A stretch of DNA of 64,000 bases from Spirochaetia bacterium (GTDB lineage: Bacteria > Spirochaetota > Spirochaetia > DSM-2461), in contig CAXXIA010000002.1 of NCBI GenBank assembly GCA_963666985.2, positions 512,001-576,000 of the forward strand. The letters are read 5' to 3'. Shown piece after piece: positions 46,001-55,840 of the stretch; the stretch's first letter is position 1, and every line of letters starts with the position of its first letter. The notes beneath the pieces were generated by a model. That model made no database searches and was not told the DNA's origin. It saw nothing but the letters and a program-made list of their open reading frames with translations. Made by a program: the position numbers and the translations under genes.

Positions 46001-48184
46001 AGAAAAATCATCTCGCGCTTGTATCTTCTCGAGAGCCGCTTCCAGATTCGGCACGAGCGGCCGAACCTGAATAACGTTGGTTCGGTTCTCATTACGCTCG
46101 ACGAAGCTGCCTCGCTCCAGAACGGAAACCGCGGTGTTGACCTTGGTGGCTGCCATCGGGTCATCCGTATCAAATTCGGTTTCAACCTCCTCATCCCGAA
46201 GAATTTCACCCGAAGTAATGATTACCGTGTTGTTTTCATCCCGCTTGGAACGCCGTAATCCTTTAAGGATTTGAGCGATGTCATTCCGTGTCAGCCGTGA
46301 AGAAGCGCTGAGTGAAAACTGGGTTTCAATATCCTTTTCATCGTAAAGCAGCACGCATTGGGCGGCCTTCCGGTCCCGACCTGCACGCCCTGCTTCCTGG
46401 AGATAGTTTTCCAGTGAACCGGGAATATCGGCATGAACCACCAAACGGACATTTTCTTTATCTATGCCCATCCCAAAAGCGTTCGTGGCACAAATATGAT
46501 TGATGTCCCCGGCGATAAAACCATCCTGAATCCGCTTTTTTTCAGGTGGAACCAAGCCTGCATGAAAGGCTTCAGCGGCAAGATTGGAATGTTGAAGCCA
46601 TTCGGCCATCTCTTCGGTTTTGGCACGAGTGGCACAATAGACCACCGAGGCCCCATCTTCCGGCACGCGTTCTTCCAGTAATTGCAGAACCCGCGCTTTC
46701 TTCTCCGCGGAATTAACCATTTGGACTTCGAAATCCAAATTGGTCCGCTCCGCCCCACCGTCGTAGGTTTTCAGCTTCTGCCCCAGCTCCGTCCGGAAAT
46801 GCTGAAGGATTTCCTCAATGACATCGTGCTTAGCCGTAGCGGTGAAGCAGGCCACGGGAGGATTTTCGACATGCTGATAATCGGCCAATTCACGAATGAA
46901 GCGAGATGCATAGAGATAATCCGGTCGGAAGGAATGCCCCCAGCGCGACAGACAGTGAGCTTCATCGAATACCCAGCAGCCGATTTCTCTCTGTTGAACC
47001 AATTTCCGAAAGGAAGCATTTCGCAGCTGCTCGGGAGAAACGTATAGAAGTGCGATATCTCCCAGCCGAACTCGCTCGAAGACATTTCCACGTTCCGGTG
47101 GAGTCAGCATGCCGTATAAGGCGGCGGCAAAATCATACCCGATAATCCGATTGAGATTGTCGACCTGATCCTTCATCAGGGCTTGTAAAGGCGATATAAC
47201 AATTGTAAGAACACCACGTCTCTGATTTCGTACAAGCGCCGGAAGCTGAAAACAAAGCGACTTCCCGCCACCGGTAGGTAGGATGGCGAGAATCGGCTCG
47301 TTGTTCATTCCACTTCGAACGATCGCTTCCTGCAGGCTTCCTCCATCCGGCAAAGAGGGTTCCGCCCGAAAATCCTCGAACTTAAAAAAGTGCCGGAGCT
47401 GAGCCTGTGGATTATGATTAACTCGGCAGTATTCGCAATCCGAACCATCACATACTATTTCCCGCAATTGGCGGACGATATTCACCACCTCAGGGAAGCG
47501 ATACCGCACCCATGGAGGTAAGACGGAATTGGCACCTGCTACACGCAGCCAGGAAAGTGCATAGGCCGCCGATTCACGTTCGTACAGCTCCATCCTTTGA
47601 GCGGCGATTCCACATCCATACTTGGCGGCAAACTCCTGAAAGAATGTAAGAGCTTCCCGATCGTTGAAGGCACGTATTTCCATGGCCTGGAAAAGCGGCT
47701 CCATGCTCCCGTTAAATGCCCACGCAAAAAACCGCATCAACGACTCATCGGAGGCTTTTAGTTCCTCAAAGACTTCAAACTGATCGCAGAAGAGAATCGC
47801 GGCGGTTTGAGCATCCTCGACAGGATCGTTGAGAGAAGAACTGACTAATTTGTAATCCTTCACCAGATGATGATACGGATTCTTTGGGAAGGCTATTGGA
47901 GATAGAAAGAGGGTGTCGATGACTGAAAGATCATGCAGTGCAAGGTTCGGATATTGCTTTTTCAGGATTGGCAGATCGTGATCGAGGATATTGTGGCCAA
48001 GCACGAACTGTAGGCCATCACAGAGTCTATTGAGCGCTTGCTCAACATCCGAACGCTTGAATCGGCCCTTAAAATATAGTCTCTCTTTTCCTGAAATCGC
48101 CCCGATCTTGAGTATGGAGCCATCGGGGGCGGTCTCCAAATCCAATAACAGGCTCGAATCCAGAATCGTCTTGTGACAATCCAT
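43088..48184 (-). CDS. Large fusion: DEDD-exonuclease-like + RecQ (SF2) helicase + UvrD (SF1) helicase + C-terminal beta domain
   Basis: DLET/GHN..HD/DTL/DA N-terminus; PTGGGKS, DEAHC, TATA, ATNAFGMG and QEAGRAGRD (RecQ); AGPGSGKT, DEYQD, GDDDQSIY.FRGA, NYRS, KGLEFD and YVGMTRA (UvrD). Confidence 0.9.
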   Translation of the reverse strand: MDCHKTILDSSLLLDLETAPDGSILKIGAISGKERLYFKGRFKRSDVEQALNRLCDGLQFVLGHNILDHDLPILKKQYPNLALHDLSVIDTLFLSPIAFPKNPYHHLVKDYKLVSSSLNDPVEDAQTAAILFCDQFEVFEELKASDESLMRFFAWAFNGSMEPLFQAMEIRAFNDREALTFFQEFAAKYGCGIAAQRMELYERESAAYALSWLRVAGANSVLPPWVRYRFPEVVNIVRQLREIVCDGSDCEYCRVNHNPQAQLRHFFKFEDFRAEPSLPDGGSLQEAIVRSGMNNEPILAILPTGGGKSLCFQLPALVRNQRRGVLTIVISPLQALMKDQVDNLNRIIGYDFAAALYGMLTPPERGNVFERVRLGDIALLYVSPEQLRNASFRKLVQQREIGCWVFDEAHCLSRWGHSFRPDYLYASRFIRELADYQHVENPPVACFTATAKHDVIEEILQHFRTELGQKLKTYDGGAERTNLDFEVQMVNSAEKKARVLQLLEERVPEDGASVVYCATRAKTEEMAEWLQHSNLAAEAFHAGLVPPEKKRIQDGFIAGDINHICATNAFGMGIDKENVRLVVHADIPGSLENYLQEAGRAGRDRKAAQCVLLYDEKDIETQFSLSASSRLTRNDIAQILKGLRRSKRDENNTVIITSGEILRDEEVETEFDTDDPMAATKVNTAVSVLERGSFVERNENRTNVIQVRPLVPNLEAALEKIQARDDFSDTSKRQWTEIMEKLFHRDPNQALSADELAELPSMALNREFSEKRGLQHDTLPVLRILNDMVQAGLVKKDTLLSAYVKVRCTNASDKLLSEVCTLEMAMINLMSEEEDDLEGWMVLNLRRLNQRLIDDGYTSAPESLRNLLKSLAMDGQGLAGRQGSIALKYRDKDHYGVKFQRSWNDLRETAERRQQVASIVLNTITAKVPQGSGGEYLVTFGESDLLAALRSDMFAAAKIYDFGSAIERGLLFLHEQRCIILQQGLAVFRSAMTISILPSAKGRRFTEGDFSSLKEHYRERNFQIHVMNRYASLGLDKIQDAVNLSLAYFTLDKHEFVERYFPGDEEMLERATSAESYQNIVDELNNSVQVSVVSAKADRNMLVLAGPGSGKTRVIAHRCAYLLRVERVRPREILVVCFNRAAAISLRKRIYELVGKDAAGVTIQTYHGLAMRLVGASLSAHLESHKESFDLDRLIPQATAMLRGECDIPGLERDEMRERLLAGYRHILIDEYQDIDEAQYEMISAIAGRTLDSENEDARLSILAVGDDDQSIYAFRGANVRFIRRFEQDYDARLYYLVENYRSTGNIIDVSNQLIALNRDRMKTEHPIQINKARRRDSPGEPVRIIRCPDAFNQARHVLQEIRDRYKDGKSVAVLSRTNEELDAIRAALEYSEIPSSMAAERSNRVPLHRLREFQAFIKHLKNLDQAAVTAEELRRELLDCHGCDRENPWNLMLDEFLIQWREETNNYATTPKEAVDFLYEAIHEYGRFGGSEHSVYLSTVYAAKGLEFDHVFILGNWIGPRTTEKQEEERRPYYVGMTRARKTLTLYELEGIQNPYTSKLQGKAIERYKVGVLPEPSDNELSQCYSQLDLSSVWIDYPAVAHDTDNIRQRIAGLQSGSAVSLVKRPQDKRILVTNAQGEKIGFLSEAVGRQWEDRLDSVRSARVHSIIIWRKEFSDSGTENYPDEWEVPLLEIVWVK

Positions 48185-48481
48185 TCCAATAGAACGGTAT
48201 AATGAACAAGCTCATAAATCCACTCAAAAAAGTTAACCCTTCGGGATTTACCTATGAAATCAAGAATCCTCGACTGAATTAAGAGAAATCCAAAAATGAC
48301 TTGTTAAAATATGATTCCTCTATTAACGGCTGCTAAGTCTAGGCCCTGTTCACACAAGCAGAGAATCCATCGAAAAACTTTTCTATTCAAATTACACCTG
48401 AACAGTTTTCTTTAATCAAAGATTCACATTCTTGCGGCCTGGCCTCAAGCAGCCATAGCCTTCACATTGTTCTCCGGCGGC

Positions 48482-49348
48482 TCAGCCGAGCATATATCGG
48501 GAAAACAGTAAGGCATCATGCGCAGCTTGATCCATCTGAGATTCATCGGCATTATCGCTCAAATCACGCCATACTTTGATATCGCTGCCGACGGTGCCGC
48601 CCTTTTTTACAAACGGTTCCATTACTACCGTGCCCTGATATCCGATATCCCGGAGAGCTTCACCGATTTCCCGCCAGGGAATGCGCCCTTTCCCCGGAAC
48701 TTTTCGATTACACTCACCGGTGTGAAGATGTCCCAAGAACCGACCGGCCGTCCGAATAGCTCCGGCGAAACTGTCTTCTTCGATATTCATATGAAAAGTA
48801 TCAAGCATTACCTTTACATTCTCTTTTCCCACTTCAGTAACATAAGCGACTCCTTCTTCCGCGGTATTGAGAATATGATTTTCAAATCTGTTGAGTACTT
48901 CCAGGCAAAGAGTAATATCAAGATTGGCCGCATAGTCGGCCATTGCACGGATTTCGACAATTCCCCTCTCCCGATCCCCCTCTTTATCTATGGGTTTTGA
49001 GTAATCCACCGGCCAGTATGAATACAGAGCTCCGCCGATTAATCGAACATTTATCCGAGCCAGTTTGTCCAAAGTTTTCTTGAAAAAGCTGCGTCCCGCC
49101 GTCCGAATATGCTCATCCGCGGACGAAAGATTTTGATCTGCGGCAGGACCGATGCCCGCCGTCAGCATGATTCCATAATCCTCCGAGCACTTTCGGATGT
49201 CATCAAGTTCGGAATCGGAATAACTCAATATATGGTGAGCCGCAATCTCAAGAATATCAAAACCGATTTGAGAAGCCTTCTTGATATAATGAAGATAATT
49301 ACCGTTCCATTCCCGCTCCCAGAAGGCATAATAGATTCCGTGTTTCAT
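48482..49348 (-). CDS. D-psicose/D-tagatose 3-epimerase family
   Basis: MKHGIYYA.W, YSYWP.D, EVLNRFE, LDTFHMNIEE, H.GE.NR.VPG.G, MEPF and IKVWRDLS motifs. Confidence 0.9.
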   Translation of the reverse strand: MKHGIYYAFWEREWNGNYLHYIKKASQIGFDILEIAAHHILSYSDSELDDIRKCSEDYGIMLTAGIGPAADQNLSSADEHIRTAGRSFFKKTLDKLARINVRLIGGALYSYWPVDYSKPIDKEGDRERGIVEIRAMADYAANLDITLCLEVLNRFENHILNTAEEGVAYVTEVGKENVKVMLDTFHMNIEEDSFAGAIRTAGRFLGHLHTGECNRKVPGKGRIPWREIGEALRDIGYQGTVVMEPFVKKGGTVGSDIKVWRDLSDNADESQMDQAAHDALLFSRYMLG

Positions 49349-49352
49349 ACTG

Positions 49353-50150
49353 TTAGCGGATACCTCCGGAAATAGGAATATTCACACCGGTAACATAAGA
49401 GGACGAATCACTCATCAAATATTCGACCGTACCGGGGATTTCATCGATACCGCCATATCGTCTCATAGGAACCGAATTGATCATCTGTTCGGCTACGATT
49501 TCCGGATTGGAATCGAAATACTGAGAGCCGACTTTTGCTTGAAGCTCAACCTGACGTTTCCACATAAAGCCGGGTCCCATGAATGCGGGAGATATCGCAT
49601 TAACACGAATTCCAAAAGGAGCCAAATCCTTTGCCGCCGATTGAGTCATTCCGATAACCGCGGCTTTGCTGGCACCGTAAGCAATCATGTTAGGAGGCCC
49701 GTCGACTCCCGCCATGCTCGCGGTATTGACGATGCACCCTTTTTTTCTGGAAACCATATGGCGGGAAACAACCTGAAGAACGTTAAAAACACCGATTATA
49801 TTCACGTGAACAACACGCTGAAAATCATCCGCGGGATAAAGATGAGTCATCGCGAATTCACCCTGATACCCGGCATTATTAAAGAGATAATCAATATGCA
49901 TTTCATCAGATTCAATCCGGGAAATAACCGATTCGACACTTTTGATATCGGTAACATCGGCGATATAGGAATAAGCGATTCCGCCCGCTTCTTCCAATTC
50001 CCGTTTACAGTTCTTCAACTTTTCGGTGTTAATATCCATCATCAGAATCCCGATACCGCGGGATGCGAATCTCTTTGCCACGGCCATTCCGATATCACCG
50101 GCGGCACCGGTTACCAAAAGCCACTCTTTTTGCCGATTCTCCACTGTCAT
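49353..50150 (-). CDS. SDR-family oxidoreductase
   Basis: TGAAGDIG, NNAG, YGASK and VNAISP motifs. Confidence 0.92.
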   Translation of the reverse strand: MTVENRQKEWLLVTGAAGDIGMAVAKRFASRGIGILMMDINTEKLKNCKRELEEAGGIAYSYIADVTDIKSVESVISRIESDEMHIDYLFNNAGYQGEFAMTHLYPADDFQRVVHVNIIGVFNVLQVVSRHMVSRKKGCIVNTASMAGVDGPPNMIAYGASKAAVIGMTQSAAKDLAPFGIRVNAISPAFMGPGFMWKRQVELQAKVGSQYFDSNPEIVAEQMINSVPMRRYGGIDEIPGTVEYLMSDSSSYVTGVNIPISGGIR

Positions 50151-50180
50151 CTCCTCGTCGTTCGTCAGCCGACGGATAAT

Positions 50181-51134
50181 TTATTCGTATAGAGTACAGG
50201 CTACAAAATGATTTTCTTCAACCTCAACCATCGGGATTTCACGATTTTTACAGCATTCACGGACCTTGGGGCAGCGGGCGGCGAATCGGCAGCCGGGCTT
50301 GGGCTCGATCGGGCTTGTGAGTTCTCCGCGCATGATGTTTTCCATCATTTTTTCTTCGCTCAGACGAGGCACGGGTATGGCCGCCAGAAGACCTTGAGTA
50401 TAGGGATGAAGCGGATTCTTAAAAACCTCTTTCGTTACGGCCGATTCAACGCACTGCCCGAGATACATCACGGCGATATCATGGCTGATATGTTTCACAA
50501 CGCTCAAATCATGGGTAATGAACATATAAGCGATACCCTTTTCCTCCTGCAAATCCATAAGCAGGTTAAGAATCTGAGCCTGGATCGAAACGTCCAGCGC
50601 GGAAACGGGTTCATCACAGACAACGAAGTCGGGATTCAGCGCAAGTGCTCGGGCGATACCGATACGCTGCCGCCGTCCACCGTCCAATTCATGCGGATAG
50701 CTGTTCATGTACCGGCTCGCAATGCCGACGGTATCCATAAGGTTCTTAACCTTTTCGTTATACTCGTTTTTATCCGTGTACGCTTTATAAATCCGGAGAG
50801 GTTCGCCGATGAGTTCACCGACGGAATTACGCGGGTCCAGCGAAGAAAAGGGATCTTGGAAGATCAGCTGCATTTTCGGACGAATGTGATGCATTCTCTT
50901 CCGCCCGAACTCCAGAATATTCTCGCCTCGAAACAACACCTCACCTTCGGTAACGTCCAGAAGCCTCAGAATCAGGTTTCCCAAAGTCGTCTTGCCGCAG
51001 CCGGATTCACCCACCACGCCCAGGGTTTTACTTTCATTTATTTCGAAACTGACGTTATCGACGGCATGGAGCATACCTTGAGGTGTTTTGAAGTGCTTCT
51101 TCAAATTCTTTACTTCTAAAAGTGTGTCGCTCAT
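50181..51134 (-). CDS. Peptide/nickel ABC ATPase (OppF/DppF-like)
   Basis: GESGCGKTT, FQDP, LDGGRRQR, DEPVSALD, HPYT and GCRF..RC motifs. Confidence 0.92.
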   Translation of the reverse strand: MSDTLLEVKNLKKHFKTPQGMLHAVDNVSFEINESKTLGVVGESGCGKTTLGNLILRLLDVTEGEVLFRGENILEFGRKRMHHIRPKMQLIFQDPFSSLDPRNSVGELIGEPLRIYKAYTDKNEYNEKVKNLMDTVGIASRYMNSYPHELDGGRRQRIGIARALALNPDFVVCDEPVSALDVSIQAQILNLLMDLQEEKGIAYMFITHDLSVVKHISHDIAVMYLGQCVESAVTKEVFKNPLHPYTQGLLAAIPVPRLSEEKMMENIMRGELTSPIEPKPGCRFAARCPKVRECCKNREIPMVEVEENHFVACTLYE

Positions 51135-52126
51135 TTTTCCCCGTCCCTTTCACCTACGCTCTCAAACAAACGGCACCGGATGAAATGACCGGGCTCCACT
51201 TCATGCATGGTCTGTAACCTCCGGCACTCATCGCTCGCCAGCTTGCACCTTGAAGCGAAACGGCAACCCTCGATTTCCTCGGTCGGATCGGGCATCAGCC
51301 CATCAATGGTCTCAAGCCTCTTCGAATCCTCATCGAGCTTGGGAATTGCGCCGAACAAACCTTTTGTATAGGGATGCCAGTATTTACCGCTGAAAATTTC
51401 TTGGACGCGTCCCGATTCAATAATCTCACCGGCGTACATAACCGCAACACTGTCGCAGGTCTGAGCGACAACGCCCAAATCGTGAGTAATCAGCACCATT
51501 GCCGTATTCAGCCTTTTCTTTAAGTCGTTGATAAGAGAAAGCATCTGGGCCTGGATCGTCACGTCCAGAGCGGTAGTCGGTTCATCCGCCAAAATCAATT
51601 TCGGCTCGCATGCCAACGCAATGGCGATAACGATTCTCTGCTTCATCCCGCCGGAAAACTGATGAGGATACTCTTCTTTCCGATACGACGGGATTCCCAC
51701 CAATTCCATCATATCGTCCACCGCACGATCCAATTCCTGCCGACTTAATTCGGAACGGTGTATCTTCAATACTTCAAGGATTTGGTCGCCGACGGTCATC
51801 ACGGGATTAAGACTCGTCATGGGATCCTGGAAAATCATCGAAACGACGTTTCCCTGCATTTTGCGAATCTGGTCCTCACTGCAATTCAGAATGTTCACTC
51901 CATCCAAATGCAGACTGCCGGAGGTAACCTCACCAATTCGTTCGGGCAGGAGCTTCATTATACTCAAAGCCGTGGTGGTCTTACCCGCTCCGGTTTCGCC
52001 GACCAGTCCCATTGCCTCGCCGTAATCGAGGCTCAGACTCAATCCGTTCACGGCGCGGACAACCGCATCCTCGACTTTGTACTCTACAAAAAGATTTTTT
52101 ATCTCAAGTAATGTTTTCTCACTCAA
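51131..52126 (-). CDS. Peptide/nickel ABC ATPase (OppD/DppD-like)
   Basis: GETGAGKTT, FQDPM.SLNP, FSGGMKQR and DEPTTALD motifs. Confidence 0.92.
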   Translation of the reverse strand: MSEKTLLEIKNLFVEYKVEDAVVRAVNGLSLSLDYGEAMGLVGETGAGKTTTALSIMKLLPERIGEVTSGSLHLDGVNILNCSEDQIRKMQGNVVSMIFQDPMTSLNPVMTVGDQILEVLKIHRSELSRQELDRAVDDMMELVGIPSYRKEEYPHQFSGGMKQRIVIAIALACEPKLILADEPTTALDVTIQAQMLSLINDLKKRLNTAMVLITHDLGVVAQTCDSVAVMYAGEIIESGRVQEIFSGKYWHPYTKGLFGAIPKLDEDSKRLETIDGLMPDPTEEIEGCRFASRCKLASDECRRLQTMHEVEPGHFIRCRLFESVGERDGEK

Positions 52127-52145
52127 TTGTGCATCCCTTCCTTAC

Positions 52146-53015
52146 TTACAGCGATCCGCGCAAACGGGGATCCAGCGCGTCCCGTACGGCATCGCCAACG
52201 ATATTGAAGCACAGCACCATCAGCAAAATGAATAATCCGGGAGCTACGGCCATAACGGGAATCATACGTAAAAAGGCATTCCCATCGGCGACCATCCCCC
52301 CCCAAGAAGGCAAAGGAGGATTTATCCCCAATCCGAGAAAACTCAAGTTGGCTTCCGCCAGGATCGCACCGCCAAGATTCATCGTCATCAAAACGATATT
52401 CGGGGAAATACAATTGGGAATAATATGCTTTACCGTGGTTCGAAACCGAGAGGATCCGCATATCGTGCTTGCCGTTACGTAATCGCTTTCCCGCAGGGTC
52501 AGAACCTGTCCCCGCGTAAGCCGCGCGAAGCTCGGCGCGGCGCTGATACCGACGGCGAGCATGACATTCGGCAGTCCCTTTCCAAGGATGCCTCCCAAAA
52601 AAATAGCGAGGACGATCAGCGGAATGGACATCATGGCATCCATCAGCCGCATGATAATCGTATCGACGATGCCTCCGACAACACCGGCTGTAACCCCAAG
52701 CACCATTCCTATCGTCCCGGCAATCAGTACCGAGGCCAAACCGACGGAGAACGAGATGCGCGTTCCGTAAATAATCCGGGAGAATGTATCGCGGCCCATG
52801 GCATCGGTTCCCAAAAGATGGTCCCGGGATATCGTCTGTAATGTGTTGTTCAGATCCTGTTTATAGGGATCGTAAGGTGCGATGAACCGCGCGAATATGG
52901 CGAAAAATGCCATCGCGGCCAATATAATCAGGCATAATATGACGGTTTTTCTGGCCAAAAGGACCCTGAAAAAACGCTTACTTTTATATGAATGTGCCGA
53001 ATTACTTATTTTCAT
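52146..53015 (-). CDS. Peptide/nickel ABC permease (OppC-like)
   Basis: HLLGTD..GRD.FSR..YG.R.S, LSFLGLG and GD..RDALDPR motifs. Confidence 0.92.
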   Translation of the reverse strand: MKISNSAHSYKSKRFFRVLLARKTVILCLIILAAMAFFAIFARFIAPYDPYKQDLNNTLQTISRDHLLGTDAMGRDTFSRIIYGTRISFSVGLASVLIAGTIGMVLGVTAGVVGGIVDTIIMRLMDAMMSIPLIVLAIFLGGILGKGLPNVMLAVGISAAPSFARLTRGQVLTLRESDYVTASTICGSSRFRTTVKHIIPNCISPNIVLMTMNLGGAILAEANLSFLGLGINPPLPSWGGMVADGNAFLRMIPVMAVAPGLFILLMVLCFNIVGDAVRDALDPRLRGSL

Positions 53016-53053
53016 GTTTTCTATCTTCCCTTTGTTCTTGAAGAAGCACCGCT

Positions 53054-54010
53054 TTATCTGTCCCTAATGCGCGGATCAATAACTCCGTACAGAAGATCGA
53101 CGATCAAATTACAGAAGATGATGAAAACGGAGATGACCAAAACCACATTCTGCACCACCATGAAATCCTTGCTCCTGATGGCCGTTATCATCGTGCTTCC
53201 CAATCCGGGAATAACAAAAAGGGATTCGATGATGATGGTCGTACCGACCATCATTCCAAGCTGCAGTCCCATAACGGTGATGATCGGGATAAGAGCGTTC
53301 CGCAGCTGATGTTTAAGAATGATGTCTTTGCGGCTGACTCCCTTGGCCCGGGCCGTCCGGACATAGTCCTGACGGATAACCTCCAGCATCGCGGAACGGG
53401 TTTGCCGTGTAAAAACCGCGGTCGGCGTAAGAGAGCATATAATCACAGGCATAATCAAACGCTGGACCGATTTACCGAAATTAACCCACGGAGGAACATA
53501 ACCCTGTACCGGGAGGATTCCCAATTTGATGGTCAACAGGAGAATCAGCAAAATTCCCATCCAGAACAAAGGGGTGGCCATCCCGATATTGGCCAGGGTG
53601 GAGACCAAAGAATCCACGGCCTTGCCTCTATGCAGCGCCGCGATAACGCCTAAAGTCGTCCCGATGATAACCGCCAGAACGAATGCCGGCAGGACGACCG
53701 TCAGCGTAATGGCCATCTTCTCGAAAATGAACTCCGAGACTTCTCTCTGCATGAGTACGGAGCGACCCATTTGTCCGTGAAAAAGATTCAAAACCCATCT
53801 TCCGTACTGAACAAGGACGGGCTTGTCGTACCCGAACAATTTTGTGTAGTGGTCGATCTGTTCCTGAGTTGCGGAAGGGCCGAGAAATATCTTAATCGGA
53901 TCTCCCGGAACCGCCTGCATGACCAGAAATACCAGTAAAGTAACGAGGACCAAAACGATGAGCGAATGACCGATCCTATGAAGAATCATCTGCATCAGCT
54001 TATTTTTCAT
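53054..54010 (-). CDS. Peptide/nickel ABC permease (OppB-like)
   Basis: PGDP, DYVRTARAKG, H.LRNA.IP and D.LY..IDPRI motifs. Confidence 0.92.
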   Translation of the reverse strand: MKNKLMQMILHRIGHSLIVLVLVTLLVFLVMQAVPGDPIKIFLGPSATQEQIDHYTKLFGYDKPVLVQYGRWVLNLFHGQMGRSVLMQREVSEFIFEKMAITLTVVLPAFVLAVIIGTTLGVIAALHRGKAVDSLVSTLANIGMATPLFWMGILLILLLTIKLGILPVQGYVPPWVNFGKSVQRLIMPVIICSLTPTAVFTRQTRSAMLEVIRQDYVRTARAKGVSRKDIILKHQLRNALIPIITVMGLQLGMMVGTTIIIESLFVIPGLGSTMITAIRSKDFMVVQNVVLVISVFIIFCNLIVDLLYGVIDPRIRDR

Positions 54011-54154
54011 GCGTACATCTCCAAAAACTTTTCAGACCGTGGCGCATTCATGAACCTTGTACGGATGAAGTTAAAAATCAACAGTCCACATACTGTTATC
54101 GCATTTCCGTGATTCATCATCTTTGACCCATGGAACCAAAAAGAAAAGAGTCAT

Positions 54155-54183
54155 GCGGACCGGTGCTTTCTCCACCGGTCCGC
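54155..54183 (-). terminator. Intercistronic stem-loop after the solute-binding protein gene
   Basis: GCGGACCGGTG-N7-CACCGGTCCGC perfect 11-bp stem with a nearby T-rich tract on the minus strand. Confidence 0.6.
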
Positions 54184-54200
54184 CTAACATTCAATATCAG

Positions 54201-55763
54201 TTATTCACTGAGCCACGCATTCTCAGGATCCCAACAGAAAACATGATCGATCAGCATGCGATCGTCATGAAGTCTCTCCTGCTTGAACACAAGAGGCTTC
54301 TGGATAAAAATCGGCTGTCCGAACAGCGCGTACTTATCGTAAATCATTTCCTGAAGTTTCCATTCCAAAGCCACTTTCTCTTCATTGGTCGGAGCCGTCC
54401 GAATCTTGGCGAGAAGATCCAGGGCGTCTTGAGGATGCTGGATACCGCAAGCGTAGAACGGAGCACCGGGATCCAAATGGCGCCCCATGAAAAGACCAAG
54501 GTCGGGAGAATTGGAATGGTAATGCCCCATGATGCCTTCCCAGCCGTTGGAGAACATGTTGAAGTTATTGGCGTCGTCCACCAGGTTCACCGTACAGCGG
54601 ATGCCGACTTCACTCAGCATATTCGCTGCGGCGGAAAACATATCCTTGGTATTCGCGGGTGTATGAACGACCGTATCGAATCCGTTCGGATAGCCGGCTT
54701 CCGACAAAAGAGCCTTGGCTTTCTCCGGATTATACGGATAACCCTTAACATTGGGGCTGTACGTAATGGCGCCGGGCGCGGCCCACTGGTTGGTACCTTC
54801 CAGAATTCCATAACCGAAAGCGCGAACCAAAGCATCGGAATCAATGGCGTAGCACATGGCCTGCCGGACTTTCACATCGGCGAAAGGAGAATCAGGATCC
54901 GCGCTATTGGGGATGAGTCCCGTGCCGACAAGTCCTCGGCCTGATTTATTCTGTTCCATCGTGTAGCCGGCATTCATCAATTCCTGAGCCGCCACCAAGT
55001 TCTCAACAAGAATCGCGTCGTACTCGCCATTCTGAAATGCTAAGGATCGCGTTGTGGGCTCGGCGACAACATACATCTCAACGCCGTCGAGATAGGGCTT
55101 ACCCTCCTGCCAATAATAATCGTTCCGAACGTACTTCACGCTGACATTGTTGATGAATTCCGTAACCTTGAAAGGACCGGTACCGGCGGATGAAGATCTC
55201 AGCGCATCAACATTCTCCAGGGCTTTCGGAGAATTGTAGAGAACATAGAATCCAACGCCCTCCAGAGTGGAAGAATTCCATTGTTTCAAAACCATTTTAA
55301 TTGTGTAGTCGTCGATAATCTCACAACGGGCGATGTTCTGCGTCTCGTTGCGTCCCACGCTCTGATATTCTTCGACGTTCCGTTTCACGGCTTGTGCGTT
55401 AAAGGGTTCGCCGTCGGAGAACCGGACACCCTGCCGCAGAGTCCATGTAATGCTGGGTTCGGCGGGATTTGTCGTCCACTGCGTCGCCAAAAGAGGAACG
55501 ACATTGCCGCCTTCGTCGTAGCTGATAAGAGCTTCGTAAGCGAGGTTCATATAGAGGAAGGGGCCATTGGAAGTAACTTCGGGAGTGTATCCGGAGTTGG
55601 GCGTCGAAATATGGGAACCGAAACGCATCACGCCGCCGTACTTCCCTTCTTTGGGTACCGCCGCCCCGCCGGAATCCTCCTGACCTCCGGCGTATACCGA
55701 AACGAATCCACTGATAACCATGAAAAGTATAATCATGGTTTTTATTAGCCGGTTTGATTTCAT
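54201..55763 (-). CDS. ABC solute-binding protein, family 5
   Basis: Signal ...YAGGQED; P.LA..W, LR.GV.FSDG.PFNA.AV, GTGPF, VRQA..YAID and KAKALL.EAGY motifs. Confidence 0.92.
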   Translation of the reverse strand: MKSNRLIKTMIILFMVISGFVSVYAGGQEDSGGAAVPKEGKYGGVMRFGSHISTPNSGYTPEVTSNGPFLYMNLAYEALISYDEGGNVVPLLATQWTTNPAEPSITWTLRQGVRFSDGEPFNAQAVKRNVEEYQSVGRNETQNIARCEIIDDYTIKMVLKQWNSSTLEGVGFYVLYNSPKALENVDALRSSSAGTGPFKVTEFINNVSVKYVRNDYYWQEGKPYLDGVEMYVVAEPTTRSLAFQNGEYDAILVENLVAAQELMNAGYTMEQNKSGRGLVGTGLIPNSADPDSPFADVKVRQAMCYAIDSDALVRAFGYGILEGTNQWAAPGAITYSPNVKGYPYNPEKAKALLSEAGYPNGFDTVVHTPANTKDMFSAAANMLSEVGIRCTVNLVDDANNFNMFSNGWEGIMGHYHSNSPDLGLFMGRHLDPGAPFYACGIQHPQDALDLLAKIRTAPTNEEKVALEWKLQEMIYDKYALFGQPIFIQKPLVFKQERLHDDRMLIDHVFCWDPENAWLSE

Positions 55764-55840
55764 GATCTTCTCCTTAATTCCTATTTTTTATATTCCTGAA
55801 CACATGAATGGGCCCTATCCCTGTGTTCATTAAATATCCT

